A DNA stretch of 64,000 nt from positions 7,014-71,013 of IMG/VR virus record IMGVR_UViG_3300034110_001068, one strand, 5' to 3'. A model generated the notes under the pieces. It did not search any database, was not told the DNA's origin, and saw only the letters and a program-made list of their open reading frames with translations. This DNA comes from a virus. Below are positions 8,567-18,784 of this stretch, piece by piece. Within the stretch, counting starts at the first letter, position 1. Every line of letters starts with the position of its first letter. Both the position numbers and the translations under genes were made by a program.

Positions 8567-8580
8567 ATGCTGATTTGCAT
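8567..8580. promoter_or_regulatory. candidate PrtR autoregulatory operator
   Basis: ATGC-TGATTT-GCAT upstream of prtR, same consensus as boxes at 7641 and 7664. Confidence 0.5.
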
Positions 8581-8799
8581 ATTTCATATAAACTGCATTC
8601 TCATACCGACTGCAGCTCGCTTCAGGCATCGAAGCATCGGATACGATAAAACCACCACAAACCCTGGTCAGCGCTATCAGGGAATGTACGGTATGCAAAG
8701 TAATCTCTGCATACCGAACGCCCCTTTGAAACCACAAACACCTTCATTCGTGCATTTGCTATCGCTGGGCACGCAAGAAGTTCATTGCCCCCAACACGG

Positions 8800-10797
8800 C
8801 TATTTTGCCCTCGGTTTCAGGCGTTCAAGAGCGTTTACCGCATCTTGACTGCCGTTTAGCGCAGCCTTCTGATACCAGACGCTGGCTTCGACCTTGTTTT
8901 CAACAACCCCGATCCCGGTATCATAGGCCCGCGCCAGCCAATACTGAGCTTCAGCGTTATCGGTAGCAGCTGCTTTCATATACCAGTTCACTCCTTCGCC
9001 AGGATTCTTGGCGACACCTTGCCCTTCACTGTACATTCGCCCCAGAACAAGTTGAGCCGAAACATCACCATCGACGGCCCGCCTCAATATATTTCCGATA
9101 CTTTCAGGCATGTACTTGGTGCCCATCAGAACAATCGAGGGCTGAGATTGATTGCTACTCTGGTATGCGACATCGACAGGTTGCTCAAAGACAATCCGAA
9201 TTCGCTTGAAGGATTCAATATATTGACCCGATAACTGGGTAAACAAAAGCAGCCCCCCAGTACTTGGAAGAACCCGGCGAGCGTGCAGCTCATGCACTTG
9301 CCCCTGCATATCCTCCACCAGTGCTCGGCCACGTATGTCACTATCGGAATCGGAGGCAGGCTTAATAAACAAAGCGATCGACACCAGGTTTCGGCTCTGA
9401 ACAGACGCAGATATCGGCACCTCCAAGAGGTAACCCTCATCGCTCTTTTTAATTTGTTTTAATACGTAATTTTGCTCTGCCAAAGGCGTTAACCGCTCAC
9501 AGTTTCTCCCGTACAGCCATGGAAAAGGATCAATAGGAACGCACAAGGGCGTGACACCTTGGTCAATAGCTCCCGAAAACTCCTTCCAATAGGAGTTTCC
9601 AAGACCCGGAGCAACCCACTGACGACTGATCTTGGTACCATAGGAAGCCCAGCCAGTGCCAATAAACCAAAGAGAGAAAATCACCAGGGCGGCCAGGCGC
9701 CCGAAGCGAAACCTGGCAGCAGCCGACGCCAAAATGGCTGCACAGGCAGCGACAACAAATACAAACCCAATGTAAGCAGTCAGTATATATCTGGAAATTC
9801 TGAAATCTGTCACTACTGGCTGAAAGGAATCGGTCCAGACGAGACTAAACGCCAAACAATTTAAAAGCGCCGTGAACGCTACCAAGCCGACCCCAACCAA
9901 CAATAGAGGACGGGCATTAATTACCTTTGCAAATGCCAATCCGAGGATGGCCAACACCAGGGAACCGACCACTGCAAATGTGCCAAAACCAGCCTGAAAG
10001 TCAGGACCCAGTAAAAAACGTCCAAACAAGGTCACCGTATAAACGAGTGCCAGGTAGCCTTTGTAGAACAAAGAACTATCACTGTGTTGCAGCGGCGTCC
10101 ACCCGGTATTCGCACTTACGACCATCCGTGCGACCTGCACCAGGCAAAACAGTACAGAAACGACAGCAATTGCCCTTATACGTCCCGGCCTCAAGAGTGC
10201 TGCGAAGACCAATACTGGGAGAATCGTCATTACCGCTGGTTTCGAGACGAATAGAAAGGGTACTAACCAGGCCCATAGCGGTAGGTCATTTTTTCGATCG
10301 CTCAATGCAAGAGCGATTACAGCGCCAATGAAGAAAACCGAAAAATAAGTAAAATTGATAAACGTACGGCTTTCAAAGTCAGCAACCATCAAGACAGCTA
10401 TAACAACCAGCAATCGTAACCCGTCGCTTTCGATAACAGCTCGAAACCGCTCGATCAAAAAAGAGCAGATTAACAGAGAGATAAGTGCAACAGACATCCA
10501 GCTATAGTAATACGGCACGGAGACTGCCGGAATTGAAAACAACGCACCTATATAAGCGACAATACGTTGCGGTAAAGGTACGTACCCCGCGTCCACAGCG
10601 AAAAAATTCTGATAAAGCGATGGAGCGTTCGCATTATCAAAATAATTAGGCCCCATTTCCGCCCACATTGCACCACCCAACAACCAACCAGGTTGCAGGG
10701 CCAGTAAATAGACCACATGAAATAAAACTGCTGCCCAAAATAATATAGCGCCTCTCCCGAGGAAGTTATTTCTATTTGGGGATTCTACGGATTGCAT
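8800..10797 (-). CDS. polytopic GT-C-like (GtrC-type) membrane glycosyltransferase fused to C-terminal Sel1 repeats
   Basis: Many TM segments, N-terminal WAEMG..GY..RI loop reminiscent of GtrV/GtrX, C-terminal AQxxLGxMYxxGxGV Sel1 motifs. Confidence 0.6.
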   Translation of the reverse strand: MQSVESPNRNNFLGRGAILFWAAVLFHVVYLLALQPGWLLGGAMWAEMGPNYFDNANAPSLYQNFFAVDAGYVPLPQRIVAYIGALFSIPAVSVPYYYSWMSVALISLLICSFLIERFRAVIESDGLRLLVVIAVLMVADFESRTFINFTYFSVFFIGAVIALALSDRKNDLPLWAWLVPFLFVSKPAVMTILPVLVFAALLRPGRIRAIAVVSVLFCLVQVARMVVSANTGWTPLQHSDSSLFYKGYLALVYTVTLFGRFLLGPDFQAGFGTFAVVGSLVLAILGLAFAKVINARPLLLVGVGLVAFTALLNCLAFSLVWTDSFQPVVTDFRISRYILTAYIGFVFVVAACAAILASAAARFRFGRLAALVIFSLWFIGTGWASYGTKISRQWVAPGLGNSYWKEFSGAIDQGVTPLCVPIDPFPWLYGRNCERLTPLAEQNYVLKQIKKSDEGYLLEVPISASVQSRNLVSIALFIKPASDSDSDIRGRALVEDMQGQVHELHARRVLPSTGGLLLFTQLSGQYIESFKRIRIVFEQPVDVAYQSSNQSQPSIVLMGTKYMPESIGNILRRAVDGDVSAQLVLGRMYSEGQGVAKNPGEGVNWYMKAAATDNAEAQYWLARAYDTGIGVVENKVEASVWYQKAALNGSQDAVNALERLKPRAK

Positions 10798-11259
10798 AAA
10801 AAATTCCCTGGTTGAAAATCAGACAAAACTTCCGAAAAAATCAGAGCAGCCTATTCGCTGAGGACATCACCGTCCACCGCCCCCCTTTTCTGGGGCAGCA
10901 GATCAAGGCGCTCATCCCCCCTGCGATGCGCGGGATGATACCTGCCAACCCTGCTTGTGGCTAACACAAGTCGAAGCAATTTGCTGAAGCAGACCAGGAG
11001 TAATCGGGCTCTGGCTTTGCATTAATGGATGCCAAAATCTGATCTACGGCAAATGAATTGCTCCTGTCACCGGATTTCCACAACCACGAGTCGAAGCCGG
11101 ACCTCAGTTCATCGCTAGCTCGTCCCGCGTCTGAAACGGGCAGATTTGGCCACTCACAGGCCTTCTAAAGCGCCGTTCCAAGACGTATAATCGCGACACT
11201 TCAAAGCGTGCTGCCCCCTAGTAGCTTTCGATATCAACCAAGTACATGGCGAGGACATC

Positions 11260-12933
11260 TTGCAAATAATCATTCCAATGTCAGGCTTTGGTGAACGGTT
11301 CCGCCGTGCCGGTTATACCGTTCCAAAACCGCTAATTGAAATAGACGGCAAGCCTATCATTGCACATGTTCTAGATATGTTCCCTGGTGAGCAGGACGTC
11401 ATTTTTATTTGCAATCAGGATCATCTTGATAACTCCGACTACCGTATGGAGTCGCTCCTGAAGAATCTTTGCCCGACGGGTAAAATCATCGGCATACCTG
11501 CGCATAAACTCGGGCCTGTCTATGCTGTTCGCCAAATTGAGCACTTGATCAAACTCGACAGCCCGGTCGTGGTTAACTATTGTGACTTTACCTGTTACTG
11601 GGATTGGCCGCATTTTAAGAGCTTTGTAAAAACCACAGGCTGCGCCGGTGCAATACCTGCCTACAAAGGATTCCACCCCCACTCGCTGGGCAGCACTAAT
11701 TATGCCTATATTCGAGAAACTTTAGGCGCTGTACAGGACATTCAGGAAAAACAGCCTTACACCAATAATCGAATGGATGAGTATGCTTCCAGTGGTACCT
11801 ATTACTTCGACTCAGGCAGGACGATGATCGATGCGTTCCGGCAAACCATGGACCAGCAACTCAACGTCAATGGAGAATATTATGTCAGTCTGGCCTACAA
11901 GCCGTTACTGGCCGACAGCCGTTCTGTAATGGTTTATCCGCTCCAGCACTTCATGCAGTGGGGCACACCCGATGACGTCAGAGAGTATAACGGCTGGTCT
12001 ACAGCATTCAGAAAGATGAACCAGCTGTCCGCCCCTCTCTCTGCCCCACCCGCCGGCGCGCTGATCATTCCAATGGCCGGTATGGGTCAACGTTTTGCCA
12101 ACGAAGGTTATGCGCTGACTAAACCCCTGATACCTGTTTCAGGCAAAACCATGGTCAATCAGGCAACCGACGATTTGCCTAAAGCCAAACATCATGCATT
12201 CGTCATTCGCCAAGACATGCCGGGATATGCCGAAACCGCGGAGCAACTTGAAGGTCTGTATCCTGGCACGGTAATCAAGACAATTCCGAACGTTACACAG
12301 GGGCAGGCCTGCACAGCGTTACTCGGTCTTGATGCACTTGAGAGCGCCATTGGGCATATTGACGGTCCTATTACTTTCGGCGCCTGTGATAACGGTGCTC
12401 TTTATGATGAACAGGCGTTTCGAACCCTGATCGACAATCCTGAAGTGGACGTAATTGTCTGGGGCGTGAGAGGCCATGCAAATGCGATCCGTCAGCCACA
12501 AATGTACGGCTGGATCGACTCGGAGAATGGCCGCATTCTTCGTGTTTCGGTGAAGACACCACTGGCGTCTCCAGAAACAGACCCGATCATCCTCGGAACA
12601 TTCACTTTCCGACGTGCAGAAGACTTCCGTTTGGCAATCTCTAATTTGATTCAGAGAGATGGTCGTATCAACGGCGAGTTTTATATTGACTCTGTTATCA
12701 ATGACGCAATTGAAACAGGCCTGCGTTGCGAGCTGTTTGAGGTAGATAGCTTTCTATCGTGGGGCACCCCGAACGATCTGCGCACGTTTGAATATTGGCA
12801 ATCCTGCTTTCACAAATGGCCAAGCCACCCTTATCGATTGCAGAACGACGCACGAATTCCACCGCAAGCCGTTGTAGAGCTGGAATCGCGTTACCAAGCG
12901 ATACTACCCGAACTCCCTGGCTCAAACGTATGA
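11260..12933 (+). CDS. sugar-phosphate nucleotidyltransferase with two tandem NTP-transferase domains
   Basis: IIPMSGFGERF..PKPLI and IIPMAGMGQRF..KPLI; two GE(Y/F)Y(V/I)..WGTP motifs; TTG start with SD GAGG. Confidence 0.85.
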   Translation: MQIIIPMSGFGERFRRAGYTVPKPLIEIDGKPIIAHVLDMFPGEQDVIFICNQDHLDNSDYRMESLLKNLCPTGKIIGIPAHKLGPVYAVRQIEHLIKLDSPVVVNYCDFTCYWDWPHFKSFVKTTGCAGAIPAYKGFHPHSLGSTNYAYIRETLGAVQDIQEKQPYTNNRMDEYASSGTYYFDSGRTMIDAFRQTMDQQLNVNGEYYVSLAYKPLLADSRSVMVYPLQHFMQWGTPDDVREYNGWSTAFRKMNQLSAPLSAPPAGALIIPMAGMGQRFANEGYALTKPLIPVSGKTMVNQATDDLPKAKHHAFVIRQDMPGYAETAEQLEGLYPGTVIKTIPNVTQGQACTALLGLDALESAIGHIDGPITFGACDNGALYDEQAFRTLIDNPEVDVIVWGVRGHANAIRQPQMYGWIDSENGRILRVSVKTPLASPETDPIILGTFTFRRAEDFRLAISNLIQRDGRINGEFYIDSVINDAIETGLRCELFEVDSFLSWGTPNDLRTFEYWQSCFHKWPSHPYRLQNDARIPPQAVVELESRYQAILPELPGSNV

Positions 12934-13334
12934 TCCTCCGCGAGCTTAAGGTTTTTTTAATCGTTGGAATCTTGACCGTTCTCATCGATTTCCTGACCTA
13001 CCGCGCCATTATCTGGACCGCGCGACTGGATATCGACATGGCCAAAGCAGCTGGTTTTCTGGCAGGTACCTTATTCGCCTACGTTGCAAACAGGAGATGG
13101 ACGTTTGATCAAAGGGAACATGCGCCCGGGAGCGCATGGCGCTTTATACCGCTTTACGCGATCACTTTGGGCGCCAACGTCTGGGTAAACTCGATGTGCC
13201 TGAGTCTGCTCCACTCCTTGCCCGGTTCAATCCAGATGTCGTTTCTGGTCGCCACGGCAATGTCCGCCGCGCTCAACTTTCTGGGAATGAAGCTCTATGT
13301 GTTCAAAGCGCACACTACTAAGGAGAGGTCATGA
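12930..13334 (+). CDS. gtrA: GtrA-family polyprenyl-P-sugar flippase
   Basis: 134 aa, four TM segments, FLIVG and NRRWTF motifs. Confidence 0.85.
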   Translation: MILRELKVFLIVGILTVLIDFLTYRAIIWTARLDIDMAKAAGFLAGTLFAYVANRRWTFDQREHAPGSAWRFIPLYAITLGANVWVNSMCLSLLHSLPGSIQMSFLVATAMSAALNFLGMKLYVFKAHTTKERS

Positions 13335-14029
13335 AGTTCTCGCTCGTCATTCCCTGCTATAACGAGTCGGCCAGTTTGCCGTTATTGCTTGAACGCTGCA
13401 AAGGCCTGGTTGCGCAAAAGGGCGTAGAGGTCATTTTGGTCGATAACGGATCGACCGATAGCACACCGCAAGTACTGGAAAGCCTGCTACCTGCTTACCC
13501 AGGTTGCAGAAGCGTGCGAGTCGACGTTAATCATGGATATGGCCACGGTATTCTCTGTGGTTTGCGTGCGGCCGAAGGCGACGTTCTCGGATGGACGCAC
13601 GCAGATCTACAAACCGATCCAATGGACGCACTGCGTGGGCTAGCTATCTTTGATCAGTATGGACCGGAAATTTTCGTCAAGGGTCGTCGCTTTGGTCGCC
13701 CCTTAGCGGACGTCGCGTTCACGTTTGGCATGAGCGTCTTCGAAACCATTCTGCTGGGTAAACCCATGTGGGATATCAACGCTCAACCCACCATGTTTTC
13801 GAGAGACTTCTTTGCGCGTTGGGAGTCAGCTCCTGCAGATTTTGCACTGGATTTATATGCCTACCATCTGGCACAGGCCGAAGGACTGAAAATTCATCGA
13901 TTTGCGGTTCGCTTTGGTGAGCGCCACCATGGTGTATCCCACTGGAACGTCAACTGGGCTGCTAAAAGAAAGTTTATCCGCAGAACTATCGATTTCAGCT
14001 TGCAACTTAAAAAGAGTCTAAGGAAATGA
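13331..14029 (+). CDS. GT2 DPM1/GtrB-like polyprenyl-phosphate glycosyltransferase
   Basis: VIPCYNE, VDNGSTD, GYGHG, HADLQTDP, RHHGVS. Confidence 0.88.
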   Translation: MKFSLVIPCYNESASLPLLLERCKGLVAQKGVEVILVDNGSTDSTPQVLESLLPAYPGCRSVRVDVNHGYGHGILCGLRAAEGDVLGWTHADLQTDPMDALRGLAIFDQYGPEIFVKGRRFGRPLADVAFTFGMSVFETILLGKPMWDINAQPTMFSRDFFARWESAPADFALDLYAYHLAQAEGLKIHRFAVRFGERHHGVSHWNVNWAAKRKFIRRTIDFSLQLKKSLRK

Positions 14030-14631
14030 AGCTCATCTCGCATCGGCGTAACACTCGCCAAGAACTCAATGCCACTGATGGAAAATACGGTATTGAAGTC
14101 GACATCCGCAGCTTCGGAAATGAGCTGGTCATCCACCACGACCCCTATACAAAGGGTGAGTCGTTCGAGGAGTGGGTTAATGACTATCGTCACGGTACGC
14201 TGATTCTGAACGTGAAGGAAGAAGGACTGGAGGCGCGCCTGATTGCGCTGATGAAAGAAAAGGCAATTGAGGATTACTTCTTTCTGGATCAGTCATTTCC
14301 GTTCCTGATCAAGTGGTCCAAAGCGGGTGAACGCCGATGTGCTGTGCGTGTATCAGAGTTTGAGTCCATTGAAACAGCTTTGACACTTGCCGGAAAAATC
14401 GAATGGGTATGGGTCGACTGTTTTTCCCGCTTTCCGCTCAGTAATGAAGACGCCACGCGCTTGCAGAATGCTGGCTTTAAGCTGTGCCTGGTATCTCCAG
14501 AATTGCAAGGCCGGGATGCAGAGTCGGAAATCCCGTTACTGATAAACATGCTGAGTGAACGGAACATTGTTGCGGAAGCTGTCTGCACCAAAAGACCTGA
14601 TTTGTGGGAAAAATTGGCGACGAAGGCATGA
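14026..14631 (+). CDS. PI-PLC/GDPD-like phosphodiesterase-fold protein
   Basis: ISHRRN, GIEVDIR, HHDP, NVKEEG motifs. Confidence 0.7.
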   Translation: MKLISHRRNTRQELNATDGKYGIEVDIRSFGNELVIHHDPYTKGESFEEWVNDYRHGTLILNVKEEGLEARLIALMKEKAIEDYFFLDQSFPFLIKWSKAGERRCAVRVSEFESIETALTLAGKIEWVWVDCFSRFPLSNEDATRLQNAGFKLCLVSPELQGRDAESEIPLLINMLSERNIVAEAVCTKRPDLWEKLATKA

Positions 14632-16682
14632 AATCAAAGCTATTTATCCACCCGCTCTTCCTGATCGGTCTGGCACTGCGCATTCTGCTCATACTGTGTA
14701 TCGCTCCCGCGTCAATGACAAATTGGTATGTGCCCTTTCTGGATACCAGCGTTAGTACATTGACAATTGACCCGTGGGCTACGTGGCTTGAACAAGGTGG
14801 CGATATCGCTGCGTTTCCCTATGGTTACGTTATGTGGACAGCCTTCACGCCTTTGATAGCGCTATGCAAGCTCCTTTCAATACCGCTTTCTGTGGGTTAT
14901 GGCCTGACTTTGTTTGGCACCGACCTGCTATTATTGATCGTTTTGCAAAAACTGATCCCAAATCGCGATCGCTTGCTGCTGGCAGTCTATTGGTTGTCGC
15001 CCATAGTGATAGTGGGCAGCTATGTACTGGGCTTTAACGACTTGATTCCAGTGCTTCTTCTTGCTGGCTCACTCTACTTTATCAAACGTGCCCGATTGGT
15101 TATCGCGGGACTGATATTTGTCTGTGCGGTATCTGCGAAACTCAGTATGGTACTGGCCCTGCCTTTTTTCCTCGTTTACTTGCAACACAACCGACCACTA
15201 CGTCAGTTTTTACCGCGTTTTCTAATCGCCCTTGCGGTGGGTGCCTTTGTCACGATATTGCCATTCCTTCTGTTCAGTTCCGGTTTGAGCATGCTTTACA
15301 ACAACCCGGAAATTCAAAAGGTCTACAAGCTAACTATCAGCATCAACGAAAATAACCTCCTGTACATCGTACCGCTTGCATACTTATTGATGATTTATGC
15401 AACATGGAGAATTAAACGGCCTAACTTTGAACTCTTTCACTCAACACTAGGCGTCGTTTTTTTACTTGTGGTGCTCATGACACCTGCGTCACCTGGCTGG
15501 TTTATCTGGGTCATTCCTTCTCTGGTAGCTTACCAGGCAGCCAGTGATCGGATTGCTATTGTGATTACCGGAGTTTTTTCGCTGCTCTACGTCGCAAGCT
15601 CGGCGCTGATCATCTCTGATCTCGGTGTAGCCGCTCAGCAAGCGACCTGGTTACCGCAAGTCGTCAGCCAGTGGTTGCTAAACGGCAAGTTGTCTTCTCT
15701 GATTCATACAGCCATGGTTGCGACGGGCATTATTCTGACCCTTCGTATATGGCGTGAATCTGTCAGTCGCAACGATTATTTCAGACTGAGTCGAAAGCCT
15801 TTCGTCATTGGTGTGGCTGGAGATTCCGGGGCAGGCAAAGATACCTTTTCAGACGCCATCAAAGGTCTGTTCGGGGGCCACTCGGTAGCGACGCTATCTG
15901 GCGACGACTACCATCTATGGGATCGTCAGAAACCAATGTGGCAAGTGATGACCCACTTGAACCCGATGGCCAACGACCTCGAAGGTTTCGCCAATGATCT
16001 GATATCACTGACGGACTCAAAACCCATCCACTCTCGTCACTATGACCACCATACGGGTCGCATGAGCCGTCCCTTCGTCATCAACAGCAATGACTTCATC
16101 ATTGCAAGTGGTTTGCACGCTCTGTACTTACCGATCTTGCGCGAATGCTACAACTTGAGTGTTTACTTGGATATCGATGAGGATTTGAGGCGCCATTTCA
16201 AGCTTCAACGTGATGTACACCAGCGCGGACATACGGAAGAAAAGGTGCTCTCGTCTTTCGCTCGCAGAGAACCCGATTCCGCGCGTTTTATACGCCCTCA
16301 GGCGGCACATGCAGATCTCGTATTGTCCTTGCAACCGATACACCCGCGTATTCTCGATGGGGCAGACATAGAACGTCTTCTGCACTTCAAGATTGTGGCC
16401 CGTTCGTGCAATGGCTTGAACGAGATGTCCCTGGTCCGGGTGCTGGTCGGGGTTTGTGGGCTGCATGTCGATATGTCGACCAATGACGATGCGACTCAAG
16501 TAGAGCTGACTATCGAAGGCGAAACCTCTGCTCAGGATATTGAGATGGCAGCGAGGATGATCTGTCCAAGGATCTTCGAGTTTCTGGATCTGACGCCCCA
16601 ATGGCAGGATGGCGTAATGGGGCTGATGCAATTGATCACCCTCTCTCACATCAATCAAGCACTCACGAAACGGTTTATATAG
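14628..16682 (+). CDS. membrane GT-C-like domain fused to phosphoribulokinase/uridine-kinase domain
   Basis: N-terminal ~390 aa polytopic; P-loop GVAGDSGAGKDT, DDYH, YDHHTG, KLQRDVHQRG. Confidence 0.75.
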   Translation: MKSKLFIHPLFLIGLALRILLILCIAPASMTNWYVPFLDTSVSTLTIDPWATWLEQGGDIAAFPYGYVMWTAFTPLIALCKLLSIPLSVGYGLTLFGTDLLLLIVLQKLIPNRDRLLLAVYWLSPIVIVGSYVLGFNDLIPVLLLAGSLYFIKRARLVIAGLIFVCAVSAKLSMVLALPFFLVYLQHNRPLRQFLPRFLIALAVGAFVTILPFLLFSSGLSMLYNNPEIQKVYKLTISINENNLLYIVPLAYLLMIYATWRIKRPNFELFHSTLGVVFLLVVLMTPASPGWFIWVIPSLVAYQAASDRIAIVITGVFSLLYVASSALIISDLGVAAQQATWLPQVVSQWLLNGKLSSLIHTAMVATGIILTLRIWRESVSRNDYFRLSRKPFVIGVAGDSGAGKDTFSDAIKGLFGGHSVATLSGDDYHLWDRQKPMWQVMTHLNPMANDLEGFANDLISLTDSKPIHSRHYDHHTGRMSRPFVINSNDFIIASGLHALYLPILRECYNLSVYLDIDEDLRRHFKLQRDVHQRGHTEEKVLSSFARREPDSARFIRPQAAHADLVLSLQPIHPRILDGADIERLLHFKIVARSCNGLNEMSLVRVLVGVCGLHVDMSTNDDATQVELTIEGETSAQDIEMAARMICPRIFEFLDLTPQWQDGVMGLMQLITLSHINQALTKRFI

Positions 16683-17440
16683 TGAAAATTTTTACACCTG
16701 AGCGGTTTGACCGGCTTCCCGACGCTATTTTGTTCGACACCGACAACACTCTTTATCCCTATGATCCTGCACATGCGGCTGCCCAGCAGGCGATTCGGGA
16801 TAAAGTCGTCAACACTTTCTCTATCAAACCGGAAGTTTTCGACGCCGCTTTCAAGGAGGCTCGTCAACAGGTGAAGACCCGGCTCAAACACACGGCTTCA
16901 TCTCATAGTCGCCTGTTGTACCTTCAACGTATGCTGGAAATCATGGGACTGGGCTCACAAGTCCTTCTGGCGCTCGATTTTGATCAGACGTATTGGCGTA
17001 CCTTTCTCAGCAATGCGGTTCTATTCGACGAGGTCAAAGACCTTCTTGACGACCTGAGACTGATGGGAATACCCACTGCGATCGTCACAGATCTGACGGC
17101 CCAGATTCAGTTTCGCAAGGTAGTCTACTTCGGGCTTGATCATTATTTTGATTACATCGTGACCAGCGAAGAGGCAGGTTACGACAAGCCTCATCCGGCA
17201 CCATTCGAGATTGCCCTGGAGAAAATGCGTCCAAAAGGCAATTGCATCTGGATGATTGGCGACAACCCAATCAACGACATCCGAGGTGGCCGCGAGCAGA
17301 TCAACGCGGTCACATTGCAAAAGATTCATACCGGGACCCCAATGGGTACTGGCGAGAACTCTCCGGACGCCGCATTCACTGATTTCAAAGAGCTACGTCG
17401 CCTGATCTCAAAATTGAGGGACAAACATGAACATGCATGA
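16682..17440 (+). CDS. HAD-superfamily phosphatase
   Basis: FDTDNTL motif I, KP motif, IGDNPINDI; GTG start overlapping upstream stop. Confidence 0.88.
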   Translation: MKIFTPERFDRLPDAILFDTDNTLYPYDPAHAAAQQAIRDKVVNTFSIKPEVFDAAFKEARQQVKTRLKHTASSHSRLLYLQRMLEIMGLGSQVLLALDFDQTYWRTFLSNAVLFDEVKDLLDDLRLMGIPTAIVTDLTAQIQFRKVVYFGLDHYFDYIVTSEEAGYDKPHPAPFEIALEKMRPKGNCIWMIGDNPINDIRGGREQINAVTLQKIHTGTPMGTGENSPDAAFTDFKELRRLISKLRDKHEHA

Positions 17441-18437
17441 GTCCGTGCGAAAATTCTGCGCAACGATCGGTGAGAATCCGCTACTGGTTCAAGGCGCTGG
17501 AGGAAACGTCTCTTGGAAAGAAGACGCTACTTTATGGATTAAAGCGTCGGGCACCTGGTTGGCTGAGGCGATGACAGACGAAATTTTCGTTCAGGTTGAG
17601 CTCAAGAACCTCACCCAAGAACTGCAAAACAAAAACTATAGCATCACGCCTCAAGTGATCGAGCCAGGTTCATTGAAGCCTTCGATTGAAACTTTGCTTC
17701 ACGCACTAATGCCACACCCGGTAGTCGTTCACCTGCACGCAGTGGAAGTGCTTGCTCATTTAGTGCGTGAAACATTCGAGCTTTCAGCCTATCCAGATCT
17801 CGACACCACATTGAATGCAAGGGTAGTGAACTATTTAAAACCAGGGGTCGATCTCGCGAAAGGCGTTGCTGATCAACTTGAAAACTCGGATCAAACTCGT
17901 GTCATTTTTTTAAAGAGTCACGGCGTCATCCTCGGGGGCGAGAGCATAGAGGAAATAGATAACCTCTTGAACTATCTGACGAAATTCTTCAGGACTCAAC
18001 CAGCACACTTTGCCCCCTTGGAGGTACCCTTGCCTATAAGCCTAGTGTGCGGCGCAACATACAATCCTGTGTCGGACATCAGACTTCATGAGCTTTCATT
18101 AAACCCGGAGCACATCACTCGTATCAAAGAGAGCTGGGCTCTCTATCCTGACCATGTGGTGTTCATGGGCGCCCAAGCCCATATATTTGAGAGCCGTGAG
18201 GACGCTGAACGCCAGCTATCGGCATACGAAGAGCTCCCCGACGTTATTTTCATTAAAGGCGCAGGAACCTTTACAAGTGAAAAAATAAGCAAGGCAAAGA
18301 GTGCTCAACTTACTTGCTATTACGACGTCATAAAAAGACAGCCCACTGATACAGTGCTCTCAACACTGAGAGAGTCCGAAATTGCCGAACTTCTCAATTG
18401 GGATGCCGAGAAGCTCAGAATTCAACTCTCAAAATAG
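17427..18437 (+). CDS. class II aldolase/adducin-family protein
   Basis: QGAGGNVS, KASG, PSIETLLH, HLH, SHG motifs. Confidence 0.85.
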   Translation: MNMHESVRKFCATIGENPLLVQGAGGNVSWKEDATLWIKASGTWLAEAMTDEIFVQVELKNLTQELQNKNYSITPQVIEPGSLKPSIETLLHALMPHPVVVHLHAVEVLAHLVRETFELSAYPDLDTTLNARVVNYLKPGVDLAKGVADQLENSDQTRVIFLKSHGVILGGESIEEIDNLLNYLTKFFRTQPAHFAPLEVPLPISLVCGATYNPVSDIRLHELSLNPEHITRIKESWALYPDHVVFMGAQAHIFESREDAERQLSAYEELPDVIFIKGAGTFTSEKISKAKSAQLTCYYDVIKRQPTDTVLSTLRESEIAELLNWDAEKLRIQLSK

Positions 18438-18673
18438 TCATAATCGCGTAAGCGCTCGATGGACAGTCCTTTCGCATGCGCTTCTGCTCGAGCCTCACCC
18501 TCCATGGTAACCTTGCACTAATTAGCAAAACTATGGGCGAGAGTTTCATCTCCGGACAGTGAATAGATCGGCCTGCGTTCGCAGCACCAAGCCGCATAGG
18601 CTCCGCGATCAAATCGCTTATCTAGACGCTCTCTTTTCGCCCCACACTTTTAAAGAAAAGCGCTAAGTCATTG

Positions 18674-18784
18674 ATGAATAAAGCAACTTCCGACCTGTCC
18701 TCCCACACCCCAATGATGCAGCAGTATGGATGGAAACGGCTTGCAGGCCTTGTACTGCAAAGGTATGCATTGGCTCCTGTCTAA
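18674..18784 (+). pseudogene. mutS: orphaned native 5' end of mutS fused to prophage DNA (36-aa chimera)
   Basis: [18 protein letters not shown] matches the Pseudomonas MutS N-terminus, then diverges (GWKRLAG...) to TAA 18782-18784. Confidence 0.9.
18707..18723 (+). repeat. left att core ACCCCAATGATGCAGCA
   Basis: Identical to 59444-59460. Confidence 0.92.

Noticed and set aside
8531-8737. N-terminal extension of the PrtR ORF in the track
   Set aside because: Covers the operator/promoter region; the HTH begins at MQKRNV
8800-18437. Glycan island as part of the prophage
   Set aside because: It lies outside the left att (18707) and upstream of the native mutS start
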